From positions 531,960,001 to 532,024,000 of the forward strand of contig NC_091287.1 of NCBI RefSeq assembly GCF_032444005.1: DNA of 64,000 nucleotides, written 5' to 3'. The stretch comes from Ranitomeya imitator (Eukaryota). Each line of letters begins with the position of its first letter. Position 1 is the first letter of the stretch. The notes below the pieces were generated by a model. That model did not search any database. It was given only the letters and a program-made list of their open reading frames with translations, and was not told the DNA's origin. Made by a program: the position numbers and the translations under genes. This document shows, piece by piece, positions 10,192-23,250 of the stretch.

Positions 10192-13039
10192 TGTTGGTCA
10201 CAAGTGGACCAGTGTATCTGCTGCAGCTGGATACGAGCCTGTCTTTCTGCTCAAATTGGTGCGTAGAATCTGATCTTTTTAATTAATTGTATCGCGTATA
10301 AGACCCTATTGCGCAGCATTTATTGTATCATTACACAATTGGCCAAAGGTGACCCTGGAGAACCAAGGAAGAAACCTGATGGCGCAGTGGACGGAGAAAC
10401 AACTACGCTGAAAGTGAGACGTGATTTATATGTGGAGGGAGGTCAGGGTATGCAAAGCATGATGAGCTCAGCCACGACTACGGCCCTGGCCGACCTCTAC
10501 ACAGTACCGAGCATGCTCATCCATCACTATTGACCAGATTTAAAAAACTATGATCTTGATCTTGGAGATGTCTATGCCATATGAGTCTCTATGTGGTTGT
10601 GAATTAATTTTCAGCCTCTAGCGCAATAATGTGATGAATTACTTTTGTGACGAACCGAAGTCCTTAAAGTTCTCATTACCTGCTAATTTTAAGCAGAGGA
10701 TTATACTACCCATCTTGAATTGAATTTTCAAAGTAAACGCACCTGCCTCATCATGTCTAATTTAAAAAGGCATGTAGTTTGACACATCTGTAGTATTTGG
10801 TCAAATAGGTGTATGGTGCAAAGCCATATGTGCCATCTATGCCAACCCTTGGCAGACCACACTTTTTGTAGGTCTAGAAAACAAAAAGACTGTCCGGAAG
10901 AAGTCCAAAGTGACTCTCTGCCTCATAGTAGTGAAAAAGGTCTGACTAAATCCTGTTATTCAGGGATTCCAATGGAAATATCTAACTGGAGATCACTGTA
11001 TATGTGGGAAACCTAGATTGTCAAGTCAGGTCCTGAAAATCATTAGAATCCAATATGTATGGACAGCTTAAAGTGATTGTCTATTATGACTAATGTGCTA
11101 TAAGAAGCAACATGTCAACTTTAGCTTGATCCTGGACAGCCCCTTTAGGATCTCACTCAATCACTGATTTGGACCCCAAAATCAAAGAGTTAATGCTCCT
11201 CTCTTTTCAGTGTGTGAATATAATATTATGTATTTATTCATTGCTTATTAAGTGCCAACATGTTCCACTGCGCTGTAGGGAAATTTTCAGAATTCACTGT
11301 CCCTGTTCCATTTGGAGCTCACAACTTTATTTACTTTTCTTCGCTGCATACTAATAGTGGCCAGACACATCAAAGATCTGACGGCTAAAGGGTTATCGTT
11401 GCCAACCTCTCCAAACACTTGTACATTTGGTATGACATGCATGTGTTTTGTATGTGGAGAGAGGAGAAAGCTCAGCACAGACTCTTCTCAAGATGACTTA
11501 TATCCACATTTGGCATGGCATGGATGTGTTCTGCTTAGGGAGAGGGGAAAAAGCGCTGACCAGTCCCATCTGTTAGTGGCTTATAGCCACATTTAGCATG
11601 GCATGAATGTGCAGCGCCCCAGAGTCCTGGTCGTTGCAGTAATGTCGTTCTTCCACCAGGGGAAGCAATGTTACAAGAAATATAAGCCAGCTCACCCGTG
11701 TTGCATAAACCAAACTTCAGGAGCACGGACCCGCTGTGTCCAGGTGTATAAAGTCCAAAACAAGAAGAGAATGTCCAGCTTCACTGAATCCGTAAAAAAG
11801 AGTTTTCTTTATTCACAAACTTTAAGCATAGAGGATACAGACTTCAGCACGAACCATATGGGTAAGAATCTCAACGCGTTTCTGGAGACTAAGCTCCCTT
11901 AATCATGACATTCCAAAGCAATGTTTCATCTGATGGCACCAAAGAAGTTCACCCTGCCAGATATCACAGCCACACACACACTTCACACGCCGGTCCACCA
12001 GGGGGAGCTATGTACTAGGCCACTCCTCACAAAGGGTAACACTGGTGGGTTGGTTAGGAAGTCAGTCAGTCAGAGTCAGGAGTTGGAAGGAGAAGGAGAG
12101 AAGCAGACTGGGTTCGGCCCAGGTAATGGGAAAGAAGGACACGGAGCTGCGCCTGCAACCCATGCGGCAGTCTCCTAAGGAAGGACACCAAAGGAAGTGT
12201 GCTGTAGTGAGTGAGCACAGAAATCATAGCAACAGGAGTAAAACATCAGTGGGAGACCAGCTAGAAGCAGGCTGCCTCCACCTGAAGCGCAGATCTGGTG
12301 GCCGGAACATCGAGGGAGTAATAGACTCTACGCTTTACTTCAGAGACCGGCAGGGCAGTCAATTCCAAGTTGGCTGTCCGACCTAAATACCTAAGCAGAC
12401 AAGGTGGCAACGCGGAGGAGGGGTGACACTAGGGTCCCTATAAAATAGCCTCAGGCCACCACCGTCATACGGGTTATGTCCTATCCATCTGGGGGACAGA
12501 GAGAGAGAAGTAACAAGAGTGAGGACCTTATGGTAGCTAATGCAAGTAGGGACCTATTACATTACTGTGCGCAAGGGGAAGGCTACTGATTTCCACCTCG
12601 ATAAGGGGACTCTGGAATTGCCATCAGACCGGCCGGACCCTGCTACCCTGTCATCCGGCACTCTGGACTGTGGATGCTGAAGCCTTCAGTAAAGGTAAAG
12701 AGACTGCACCCATTGGGTCCTCGTTATTCACCGCGCCTTGCACCATCCACCATCAACATCTACACTTCTGGGAAGCCCTGGGGATATACTTCACCTGTAG
12801 GAAGGTATACCATCTAGCTGCCATTCCATCACCCCAGCGGACTCCTAAGCAGCGTCGGTCACCCTGACCGAATACCACAGGTGGCATCACGAACACTACT
12901 GTTAATCTATGAACTCTCCCTTTTATTTGTGCGCCCCTCATAGGGCCACGGTCCGGGTCGGGCCACCATGACATCCTCGCTGACACACACCCACAGAAGC
13001 TGGACGCCCTGATATCACAACAAGAGGAGCCCTTAAAGG

Positions 13040-13245
13040 GACCACACTTCTATTTTTGCCCATTATCTAAAAAATGCAGTTTGAGAAAGACCCGAGGCAG
13101 GGTCGAAACGTTACTACTCCGTTTATGCTTCCTGCTGTGTGTGTATATATATTTGTTTCAACACATGTGAATAAACGCATCACCTTTTTGCAAAGATATA
13201 TCCTAAGAGAGTGCGGCTGTTTTTCTTATATCCTTGCAGAGGGAA
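13040..13245 (+). mobile_element. Penelope-like terminal-repeat fragment inserted in the solo LTR
   Basis: Absent from the other family A LTRs; contains a hammerhead-like motif and AATAAA. Confidence 0.5.
13078..13115 (+). ncRNA. Minimal hammerhead-ribozyme-like motif (non-canonical U3/A8 core)
   Basis: AGT-TTGAGAAA-GACCC(GAGGCA)GGGTC-GAAA-CGTT-ACT: 3-bp stem I, 5-bp stem II, palindromic AACGTT stem III. Confidence 0.5.
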
Positions 13246-14471
13246 CTGAAGGACCCGGTACCGAGTACCCCATTGCCCTTAAGTGGGGGTGCGGCAAATG
13301 TGTTGTGTATATGGAGAGTGAAGAAAAGGAAGACTAAACTCTGCTGTTGGTGGTTAATTTCCACATAAGGCATGGTATGCATGTGTTCGGCATGAGGAGA
13401 GGGGAGAAAGCACCAACCAGACTTCTATGATGGTGGATGATATCTACATTTGACATGGGATCAATGTTCTGTATGGGGAGAGGGGATAAAGTGTCAACTA
13501 ATCTCCTATAGTAGTTTTTTTTATCTCCAACAAGAACAAATGAATCTGGCATTAAGATTCAACATGCCCGATCCTTCTTTCCCTCAACATCATCTGTTGT
13601 CGTAGAGTCAGCATATCCCCATACCCATTAGATAGTCGACTGGTTTGACCGACTTTCCTCTATTGTTTATAGAGACAGTAAAACCAAAATGCTCTTGAGA
13701 TATGGGTGAAAGCCCGCTGAAAGAGAACGGAAACTCAATGCAGACATTATACTTGGTCAAACTCACATTTAAGACCCCAGTAATGCAAGGCTATAAGGCT
13801 GAGCCATCGTACAGCTAAATTTCAGATTTTCTACCCTCAGCTTCTGCAAATTCTATACTCTCTTGGCTTTTCGATTGAGATATCCATAGATGAATTAGAC
13901 CACAAATTAAAGCTTTGGAAGAAACATGAGTTTATGGTGCTCGGTTGGAAGATCCTTTTGTCACATGTCTTTGTGGCCACTCAGCAACTAAATTAGGTTT
14001 GTATTACAAGAAATTTTGAGTTGTTAATAAATGTTTAAATAGCCGTAGAACATTATGTTAATGGCCCTGCTTATTATTTGACATTGACTGCATAGCCAAC
14101 ATGAAGATGATAGAGTTGGACCCACCAGTGACACGACCTGTTGGATGAAGGTGTTTACCATATCATCATCAGAGTTATCAAAACTGGACCAAGAATAAGG
14201 ATAAAGGCTCCACATAACATCTTCAAGTGGTTGATGTTCCCAAGGTGATAACAAATGGTCTTAGACCCTTACATGTAACTCTGAGCTAAGTACTTGAACA
14301 TGTGCGTACTTGTCTGAAGACTTATGTGAAAATACAATATAAAGTTTGGAGAACATAGTAACATAGTAACATAGTAACATAGTTAGTAAGGCCGAAAAAA
14401 GACATTTGTCCATCCAGTTCAGCCTATATTCCATCATAATAAATCCCCAGATCTACGTCCTTCTACAGAAC

Positions 14472-17252
14472 CTAATAATTGTATGATACAATATTGTTCT
14501 GCTCCAGGAAGACATCCAGGCCTCTCTTGAACCCCTCGACTGAGTTCGCCATCACCACCTCCTCAGGCAAGCAATTCCAGATTCTCACTGCCCTAACAGT
14601 AAAGAATCCTCTTCTATGTTGGTGGAAAAACCTTCTCTCCTCCAGACGCAAAGAATGCCCCCTTGTGCCCGTCACCTTCCTTGGTATAAACAGATCCTCA
14701 GCGAGATATTTGTATTGTCCCCTTATATACTTATACATGGTTATTAGATCGCCCCTCAGTCGTCTTTTTTCTAGACTAAATAATCCTAATTTCGCTAATC
14801 TATCTGGGTATTGTAGTTCTCCCATCCCCTTTATTAATTTTGTTGCCCTCCTTTGTACTCTCTCTAGTTCCATTATATCCTTCCTGAGCACCGGTGCCCA
14901 AAACTGGACACAGTACTCCATGTGCGGTCTAACTAGGGATTTGTACAGAGGCAGTATAATGCTCTCATCATGTGTATCCAGACCTCTTTTAATGCACCCC
15001 ATGATCCTGTTTGCCTTGGCAGCTGCTGCCTGGCACTGGCTGCTCCAGGTAAGTTTATCATTAACTAGGATCCCCAAGTCCTTCTCCCTGTCAGATTTAC
15101 CCAGTGGTTTCCCGTTCAGTGTGTAATGGTGATATTGATTCCCTCTTCCCATGTGTATAACCTTACATTTATCATTGTTAAACCTCATCTGCCACCTTTC
15201 AGCCCAAGTTTCCAACTTATCCAGATCCATCTGTAGCAGAATACTATCTTCTCTTGTATTAACTGCTTTACATAGTTTTGTATCATCTGCAAATATCGAT
15301 ATTTTACTGTGTAAACCTTCTACCAGATCATTAATGAATATGTTGAAGAGAACAGGTCCCAATACTGACCCCTGCGGTACCCCACTGGTCACAGCGACCC
15401 AGTTAGAGACTATACCATTTATAACCACCCTCTGCTTTCTATCACTAAGCCAGTTACTAACCCATTTACACACATTTTCCCCCAGACCAAGCATTCTCAT
15501 TTTGTGTACCAACCTCTTGTGCGGCACGGTATCAAACGCTTTGGAAAAATCGAGATATACCACGTCCAATGACTCACCGTGGTCCAGTCTATAGCTTACC
15601 TCTTCATAAAAACTGATTAGATTGGTTTGACAGGAGCGATTTCTCATAAACCCATGCTGATATGGAGTTAAACAGTTATTCTCATTGAGATAATCCAGAA
15701 TAACATCCCTCAGAAACCCTTCAAATATTTTACCAACAATAGAGGTTAGACTTACTGGCCTATAATTTCCAGGTTCACTTTTAGAGCCCTTTTTGAATAT
15801 TGGCACCACATTTGCTATGCGCCAGTCCTGCGGAACAGACCCTGTCGCTATAGAGTCACTAAAAATAAGAAATAATGGTTTATCTATTACATTACTTAGT
15901 TCTCTTAGTACTCGTGGGTGTATGCCATCCGGACCCGGAGATTTATCTATTTTAATCTTATTTAGCCGGTTTCGCACCTCTTCTTGGGTTAGATTGGTGA
16001 CTCTTAATATAGGGTTTTCATTGTTTCTTGGGATTTCACCTAGCATTTCATTTTCCACCGTGAATACCGTGGAGAAGAAGGTGTTTAATATGTTAGCTTT
16101 TTCCTCGTCATCTACAACCATTCTTTCCTCACTATTTTTTAAGGGGCCTACATTTTCAGTTTTTATTCTTTTACTATTGATATAGTTGAAGAACAGTTTG
16201 GGATTAGTTTTACTCTCCTTAGCAATGTGCTTCTCTGTTTCCTTTTTGGCAGCTTTAATTAGTTTTTTAGATAAAGTATTTTTCTCCCTATAGTTTTTTA
16301 GAGCTTCAATGGTGCCATCCTGCTTTAGTAGTGCAAATGCTTTCTTTTTACTGTTAATTGCCTGTCTTACTTCTTTGTTTAGCCACATTGGGTTTTTCCT
16401 ATTTCTAGTCCTTTTATTCCCACAAGGTATAAACCGCTTACACTGCCTATTTAGGATGTTCTTAAACATTTCCCATTTATTATCTGTATTCTCATTTCTG
16501 AGGATATTGTCCCAGTCTACCAGATTAAGGGCATCTCTAAGCTGTTCAAACTTTGCCTTCCTAAAGTTCAATGTTTTTGTGACTCCCTGACAAGTCCCCC
16601 TAGTGAAAGACAGGTGGAACTGCACAATATTGTGGTCGCTATTTCCTAAATGCCCAACCACCTGCAGATTTGTTATTCTGTCAGGTCTATTAGATAGTAT
16701 TAGGTCTAAAAGTGCTGCTCCTCTGGTTGGATTCTGCACCAATTGTGAAAGATAATTTTTCTTGGTTATTAGCAGAAACCTGTTGCCTTTATGGGTTTCA
16801 CAGGTTTCTGTTTCCCAGTTAATATCCGGGTAGTTAAAGTCCCCCATAACCAGGACCTCATTATGGGTTGCAGCTTCATCTATCTGCTTTAGAAGTAGAC
16901 TTTCCATGCTTTCTGTTATATTTGGGGGTTTGTAACAGACCCCAATGAGAATTTTGTTACCATTTTTCCCTCCATGAATTTCAACCCATATGGACTCGAC
17001 ATCCTCATTCCCTTCACTAATATCCTCCCTTAAAGTGGACTTTAGACAAGACTTTACATAGAGACAAACCCCTCCTCCTCTCCGATTTTTACGATCCTTT
17101 CTAAACAGACTGTAACCCTGTAAGTTAACTGCCCAGTCATAGCTTTCATCTAACCATGTCTCGGTTATTCCCACTATGTCAAAGTTACCTGTAGATATTT
17201 CTGCTTCTAGTTCTTCCATCTTGTTTGTCAGGCTTCTGGCGTTTGCGAGCAT
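14472..17252 (-). CDS. CR1 ORF2p, APE endonuclease + reverse transcriptase (926 aa, intact)
   Basis: [49 protein letters not shown]; no stops. Confidence 0.95.
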   Translation of the reverse strand: MLANARSLTNKMEELEAEISTGNFDIVGITETWLDESYDWAVNLQGYSLFRKDRKNRRGGGVCLYVKSCLKSTLREDISEGNEDVESIWVEIHGGKNGNKILIGVCYKPPNITESMESLLLKQIDEAATHNEVLVMGDFNYPDINWETETCETHKGNRFLLITKKNYLSQLVQNPTRGAALLDLILSNRPDRITNLQVVGHLGNSDHNIVQFHLSFTRGTCQGVTKTLNFRKAKFEQLRDALNLVDWDNILRNENTDNKWEMFKNILNRQCKRFIPCGNKRTRNRKNPMWLNKEVRQAINSKKKAFALLKQDGTIEALKNYREKNTLSKKLIKAAKKETEKHIAKESKTNPKLFFNYINSKRIKTENVGPLKNSEERMVVDDEEKANILNTFFSTVFTVENEMLGEIPRNNENPILRVTNLTQEEVRNRLNKIKIDKSPGPDGIHPRVLRELSNVIDKPLFLIFSDSIATGSVPQDWRIANVVPIFKKGSKSEPGNYRPVSLTSIVGKIFEGFLRDVILDYLNENNCLTPYQHGFMRNRSCQTNLISFYEEVSYRLDHGESLDVVYLDFSKAFDTVPHKRLVHKMRMLGLGENVCKWVSNWLSDRKQRVVINGIVSNWVAVTSGVPQGSVLGPVLFNIFINDLVEGLHSKISIFADDTKLCKAVNTREDSILLQMDLDKLETWAERWQMRFNNDKCKVIHMGRGNQYHHYTLNGKPLGKSDREKDLGILVNDKLTWSSQCQAAAAKANRIMGCIKRGLDTHDESIILPLYKSLVRPHMEYCVQFWAPVLRKDIMELERVQRRATKLIKGMGELQYPDRLAKLGLFSLEKRRLRGDLITMYKYIRGQYKYLAEDLFIPRKVTGTRGHSLRLEERRFFHQHRRGFFTVRAVRIWNCLPEEVVMANSVEGFKRGLDVFLEQNNIVSYNY

Positions 17253-17389
17253 GCAGTTTAGAGGATTTTGTTTTGTTCCAATCTCCTCACTGTGGATTGT
17301 TTTAGAAATGTTCTTACCTCCCTTCTGAGTATGTTTTCCTGGGTCGTCTTTGTTCGAGTCTAATGTTTTTCTTCCCGTCCCCTCTTCTT

Positions 17390-18241
17390 CTAGTTTAACG
17401 CCCTCCTGATGAGTGTAGCGAGTCTTCTGGCGAATGTGTGTTTCCCAGGTTTGTTGAGGTGTAGTCCGTCTCTGGCGAGGAGTCCATCATACCAGTAATT
17501 CACACCGTGGTCCAGGAATCCAAATCCTTGTTGTCTGCACCATCGTCTTAGCCAGTTGTTTGCATCAAGGATCCTGTTCCATCTCCTGGTGCCATGCCCA
17601 TCTACTGGAAGGATAGAAGAAAAAACTACCTGTGCATCCAGTTCCTTTACTTTCTTCCCCAACTCTTCAAAGTCCTTGCAGATTGTCGGTAGGTCCTTCC
17701 TTGCCGTGTCATTGGTGCCAACATGTATCAGAAGAAATGGGTGGACGTCCTTGGAGCTGAAGAGCTTTGGTATCCTATCGGTCACATCCTTGATCATCGC
17801 ACCTGGAAGGCAGCATACTTCTCTTGCAGTTATGTCCGGTCTGCAGATGGCTGCTTCTGTGCCTCTCAGTAGTGAGTCTCCCACCACCACCACTCTTCGT
17901 TGCTTCTTAGCTGTACTTTTTGCTGTCACTTGTTGCTGTGTGCCCTTTTCTTTTTTGCTTGCTGGTATTGCTTCATTCTTAGGTGTGCCATCTTCATCCT
18001 CTACAAAGATTTGATATCGGTTCTTCAGTTGTGTGGTTGGTGATTTCTCCATGGTCTTCTTGCTTCTTTTGGTCACATGCTTCCACTCATCTGCTTTTGG
18101 AGGTTCTCTGACACTTTTTGCACCTTCTGTGACCAGTAGAGATGCTTCTGTTCTGTCTAGAAAGTCTTCATTCTCTTTGATGAGTTTCAAAGTTGCTATT
18201 CTTTCTTCCAGACCCCGCACCTTTTCTTCTAAAAGGGCCAC
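17390..18241 (-). pseudogene. CR1 ORF1 (SGNH esterase), N-terminally truncated
   Basis: Matches residues 35-317 of copy B ORF1p; the track start is a GTG at the truncation point. Confidence 0.9.
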
Positions 18242-19458
18242 TAGTCCTATGGACTATGGAAACTCTTTCATGTGTCATAACCTAAAACCCCTTGAGAGGT
18301 AGATCTTGGTTCCTTGACTTGTTCACTTTGGTTCTCCTATTAACCTCTACACTAGAAGAACGGAGATAACACATGGATGTAGGGTTCTGTCTGCTGAGTG
18401 GAGGCGATTGTTGCCATCCGTCTAACCATATATACATATTCATAAAGCATGAAGATAATTTAATGTCTCCTCAAAAGTCTGTCGGGAAAAGACAGAAGCG
18501 TAAAGGGAAGGAGAAGTTCTTATCTTGTCCAGATGTTTCATAAAATAAATGACTCCGGTTTTGCTAATTAAAGATTTCCCATTTAAGAAATGCCCTCGAT
18601 TTGACTTTCCATAGTTCCCCTTCTTATTGAACATGGAAAGTATGTTCCTCAGATATGAGATATTATATAATCAGGGCACTTCCTCTTAGGCTAGGGTCAC
18701 ATTGATCAGAGTTTGATTTGATTTTCTTGGATGTGAAAAATTTTGAAAAAAAAATCCCCATCTCTCTGGTGGTGGTCCATTAACTTCCTCCTTTCTGTAT
18801 TTTAATGTACTTTTTCTATCCTTGCTATGTGAACTGGGACTTATGTGCTAAATACAGATATGATGTGCCTGAGACAATAGAGAGTGACATAGGCACCGAC
18901 TTTACTAGAGAAGTAATGGAGGAAATAATGTTCATCCTGATAGTGGAACAGACCTTTCATCCACAAAGTAGAGGCAGAATAGAGAGATTGAATGGGACCC
19001 TGAAACTGAAAATCTAAAAAAGTCATGGTAGAAACGGGCTGATCATGGACAGAATGCTTTCCCCTTGCACTCTTCTCAATCAGGTATATTGCGCACTCTT
19101 CTCAATCAGGTATATTGCCAACAAAAAGACCGGCCTCGATCCATATGAGGTGTTATTTGGGTCAGCTCCTAGGCTAGGATTGTATTTTCCACAGCAGCTC
19201 CAGATGCAACATGATAAGCTGTCTTCTTATGTTATTGTGCTTACAAAATGCTTTTCTGACATATACTCTTAAGTTTGCTCTTCTTTCCAGATCCTGATTC
19301 TGTGCAAGGGAGTCACTTCCTGCAGCCCGGATATTGGGTGATGGTCAAAAGAAATGTAAGGAGAATCCTTGAACCTCGATTGATGGACCCTTCCAAGCTC
19401 TGGTGACAACAGAGACGGCTGTAAGGCTCGAGGGAAAGCCCAACTGGATCCATGCCTC

Positions 19459-20570
19459 TGTAAAACCCCAGGCAACCGGTTGTTACAGTGTCATTGCTTT
19501 CTTCACGGGGAGAGTGATGTCATGCTTGGAAGCGAGGAAGGATCTCTTTAACAGGTATTCAGCACATATATCACCGTTCTGACTCCAGGACAGAAGGGGA
19601 AGCTCTACACCCGACTTCAGGGGAGCTGCTCTCTCTGGTCAGGAGGAGGAGTCAGTTGCTATGCAGTTTCTAGGCAGTTGGAGAGAGGCAGTTGGTGAGA
19701 GGAGAGCAAGGAGTGAGGAAGGAAAGCTGGGGCCATGCAGATGAGTGATTCTGCAGCTCCTGGAAAGGAAAGGAAGAGAGGAGAGCAACTTGTAAAGAGA
19801 CTGAAAGGAGGAAAAGGAGCAAAGGTGAAGTAAAGAGCTGGAGAGAAAAGCTGCTAGTGAGCTTCCTCCACGCTGAGCGCAGATACCGGTAGCCGGGAGA
19901 CCGAGGTTGTGGGGTAACTTCATGCCCCACCACAGAAACCAGCGGACAGCTAGATTTCAAGTTACCTGTCCACCATTAAAACCCGGGGACATAGTAGTGG
20001 ATAGAGCCCGGGTAGTGATAGAGATCCTGTAAAAAAGGCTTGAGTTACCTGTCGAATGAGTTAGTGTTCTACCTATAGGGGGCCAGAGGGAACATGAGGA
20101 CCTTGTGTGAGGCCTAAGGCAGCAAGGGACTACACCACAGCGCTAGAGGGAAGGCTTCCAATTCCATCTGGTTAGGGGATTCCTGAGACGCTTCCAAGAT
20201 GGCTGGACCACCACCAGCACCTGTGATCCGGTACCCTGGACTGTGGCTGCCTGAATCTCACAGTAAAGAGGTAAAGAGACTGCAACATTATGTCTTCTGT
20301 TTATTTCTGGCACAACACCATGCTTGCCAAATAAGAGGGACCCAGCTTCACCTGTGGGAAGCCATACCATCCCTGCTGCTATAACATCACCCCAGTAGAC
20401 CCCTTTAAGCAGCATTGGTCACCCCTGACCGCATACCACAGGTGGCGTCTCAAACTTTTATTATTTCACACACCCTTTAAAGACTTTTCCTTTAACATGG
20501 GCGACCAGGGCCAAGGACCGGGTCACGGCCGCCGTGACACATCCATTTAAGTACCGGACCCGGTACCGAG
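19459..20570 (+). mobile_element. Gypsy-type LTR (family A), 3' end deleted
   Basis: Starts TGTAAAACCCC; homologous to the 11610 and 25906 copies up to GTACCGAGT; ERV sequence then resumes and no TSD was found. Confidence 0.75.
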
Positions 20571-20805
20571 TTCAAGAAGACAGCTGAGCCCAAGAAAGCC
20601 ACCGAATGATGTAGACGCACACCCAGTGCCTTATCCTTTTTGCCTTGATAAATGGGTGTCACAACGGCTATGTCCCAAGAGAGAAAAAATGGGGAGTCGG
20701 TTACCACTTTCTGGTTTAATACCTCAAACCCTGTATTCAGTTATAAATATAACCCGTGTAATATGGCAGCATGGGGACACCTATAGACTCACCCAAAAGT
20801 ATATA

Positions 20806-21346
20806 TAGCTCTGGCAAATATTAAGTGACCACGTCCACCACATCAAAAACCTGTCGTGGGCAGCCCAATCTCCAGACCTGAACCCCATTGAAAACCTCTG
20901 GAATATAATCAAGAGGATGATGGATAGTCACAAGCCATCAAACAAAGAAGAACTGCTGACATTATTGTACCAGAGGCAGTGTGAAAGACTGGTGGAAAGC
21001 ATGCCAAGACGCAGGAAAGCTGTGATTAAAAATCATGGTTATTCCACAAAATATTGATTTCTGAACTGTTCCTGAGGTAAAACATTAGTATTGTTGTTTT
21101 TAAATGATTATGAACTTGTTTTCTTTGCATTATTTGAGGTCTGAAAGCACTGTTTTTTCTTTAATTTTTACCATTTTTCTTTAACAGAAAAAAATACAAA
21201 AATTATTGCTTGGAACTTCGGAGACATGTTGTCAGAAGTTTATAGAACAAAAGGACAATTTACATTTTACTCAAAAATATACCTATAAAGAGAAAAATCA
21301 GACAAATGAACATTTTGCAGTGGTCTCTTAATTTTTGCCAGAGCTG
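20806..21346 (+). mobile_element. Non-autonomous Tc1 deletion derivative
   Basis: TIR (C)AGCTCTGGCAAA.ATTAAG.GACCAC; TA flanks; retains only the AQSPDLNPIENLW C-terminal transposase segment. Confidence 0.85.
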
Positions 21347-22127
21347 TATGTGTTACCCCTGACAGTATTGGCTTTGTGTCTGATTCTGAATCCTGGAATA
21401 TGGTGGGGCGTACCAATGGGAAAGACTGGGCCTACAACCCTTCCATAGCCCGAGAAAAGACAGACAACAAGGGCAGAAGCCTCCTTACTAGAATGACTCT
21501 GTTACAACCAGAATATGTGTCCACGCGTTGTACAGTAGGGTCCGTCTTTCTTGTAAGTCTGGTAACTGCCTTCCCTTATACTTGACGATCGAGAATCCCT
21601 CTGTTACAGACACTGGACTATATATGATGGGCATAAATACCCCGGAGGGCACTGACTTTTTAGGACACCTTTATCTTACGGATATTAGGTGCTGACTTAT
21701 TCTAAATAAAACTAAGACTCCGCAACCTAATACTTCCAAAGGCTCATTCCTAGTGCCCCTAACCTATGAGGATAAACCATCAGTAGAGATGGGATACTGA
21801 GATCAGTTATTGGTTAGAATAGTTTACTGTGCCCTAGCTAGACCTCATCTAGGCACGGTGCCCTTTAGCAACTAGACAAACCCCATTGCTTTCTCCTGCC
21901 TAATTCAGCTATTCTCTGCTATAAAAGTAGAAAATACTTCAGAGTGTAATCTGCTCCTGCAGTTACATCCTCCCATAAACCCTAAACATGTAAGGGCCAA
22001 TGGAGTTCACCCCTATCCTGGAAATTACACGTTTTTCCAAAGTTTAACGGGTACCATTGACCTAAAGCATTTAGGTTCCTCATATTGCAGTCCCGCCACC
22101 ACCACTAACTTGGTACGAGGTCATGCC

Positions 22128-22925
22128 TGTTGTGAATTCCGCTCTTGGGCTCCCTCCGGTGGTTGTAAGTGGCACTTTTGTGAGTTCTGCTCTTGGGCTC
22201 CCTCTTGTGGTTTCAAGTGGTATGGCTGCTCCTTGGAGTTAGCTGTCATCAGCTGCCTCGACTTATCGTCTCTTCTGCTCTGCTATTTAGGCCTGGCTCT
22301 TTCCTTCAGCCAGTGCCACTTGTAAATGGTTCCTGGTTGGATTCACATCTCTTTGGATTTCCCTGTTATCCTGACCAGTTCAGCAAAGCTAAGTTTTTGC
22401 TTGCTCTTTTCTGTCCATAGATTGTGGACTTATCCATTCTGTGCTTTCTTTGTTTGTCCAGCTTATCAGTATGAATTAATTCTGTCTTGCTGGAAGCTCT
22501 GGGAAGCAGATTTACCCTCCACACCTTTAGTCAGGTGTGGAGATTTTTGTAAACTCTGCGTCGATTTTTTTGTAGTGTTTTATACTGACCGCATAGTATT
22601 CCATCCTGTCCTATCTATTTAGCTAGACTGGCCTCCTGTGCTCATCCTGGTTTCATTCTGTGTATGTCTTTTCCCTCTCCACTCACAGTCATTATTTGAG
22701 GGGGGCTAATCTATCCTTTGGGGATTTTCTCTGAGGCAAGATAGCTTTCCTGCTTCTATCTTTAGGGGTAGTTAGCTCTTAGGCTGTGACAAGATGCCTA
22801 GGGAGCGTTAGGAGCATTCCACGGCTACTTCTAGTGTTGTGTTGAGCTTAGGGACTGCGGTCAGTACAGTTACCACGTCCTTCAGAGCTCGTTCCATGTT
22901 GCTCCTAAACCACCAGATCATAACA
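22128..22925. mobile_element. Solo LTR (family B) inserted in ERV env
   Basis: TGTTGTGA...TCATAACA termini; flanking duplication CATGCC (22122-22127, 22926-22931); removal rejoins env (RGHALLNQTV). Confidence 0.8.
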
Positions 22926-23250
22926 CATGCCCTCCTGAATCAGACAGTAGCTAGAATGAATATGCAACAGAAAACCAGAGTCACAAGTGAGACACCAGAA
23001 TTCCTACTTTTTTTCTACCCTCACGTGTACACTCACACTATTGGAGTCCCAAAAGAAGTACCAGATGAGATCTAAGCCAGAGATGAAGGATATGAATCGC
23101 TATTTCTAATCGCTACAGCAAATAAAAATGTTGACTGGATAAATTATATCTATCCTGACTCCATTTTGGTTATTCTACATGCATCTCCTCTTGCTTGCAA
23201 AATGGAGTCTATGTTTAGATAATTTGGTCTCAGGAATTTCTTTACCTTAG

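Larger units (their letters stand above)
11610..13296 (+). mobile_element. Ty3/Gypsy-type solo LTR (family A)
   Basis: TGCAGCGCCCC...GGGGTGCGGCA termini; 4-bp TSD AATG (11606-11609, 13297-13300); similar to 19459, 25906 and 54344 copies. Confidence 0.85.
14352..18246 (-). mobile_element. CR1 LINE copy A, 5'-truncated
   Basis: (TTACTATG)n 3' tail; intact ORF2; identity with copy B stops just after the ORF1 zinc finger. Confidence 0.95.
18830..23155 (+). mobile_element. Decayed endogenous retrovirus: integrase and env, interrupted by three insertions
   Basis: VPETIESDIGTDFT, GRIERLNGTLK, PYEVLFGSAPRLG, WIHAS (integrase); TTFWFNTS, DWAYNP, RPHLGTVP, IGVPKEVPDE, NKNVDWINYI (env of fish/amphibian ERV type). 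Confidence 0.8.

Noticed and set aside
14479-18302. Plus-strand ORFs over CR1 copy A, their mirrors over copy B, and those opposite the L2 and hAT ORFs
   Set aside because: Antisense shadows of long coding frames.
20571-20663. GGGTGTCACA as the 3' end of the 19459 LTR
   Set aside because: No TSD match, and the segment reads better as the ERV integrase end plus env signal peptide.
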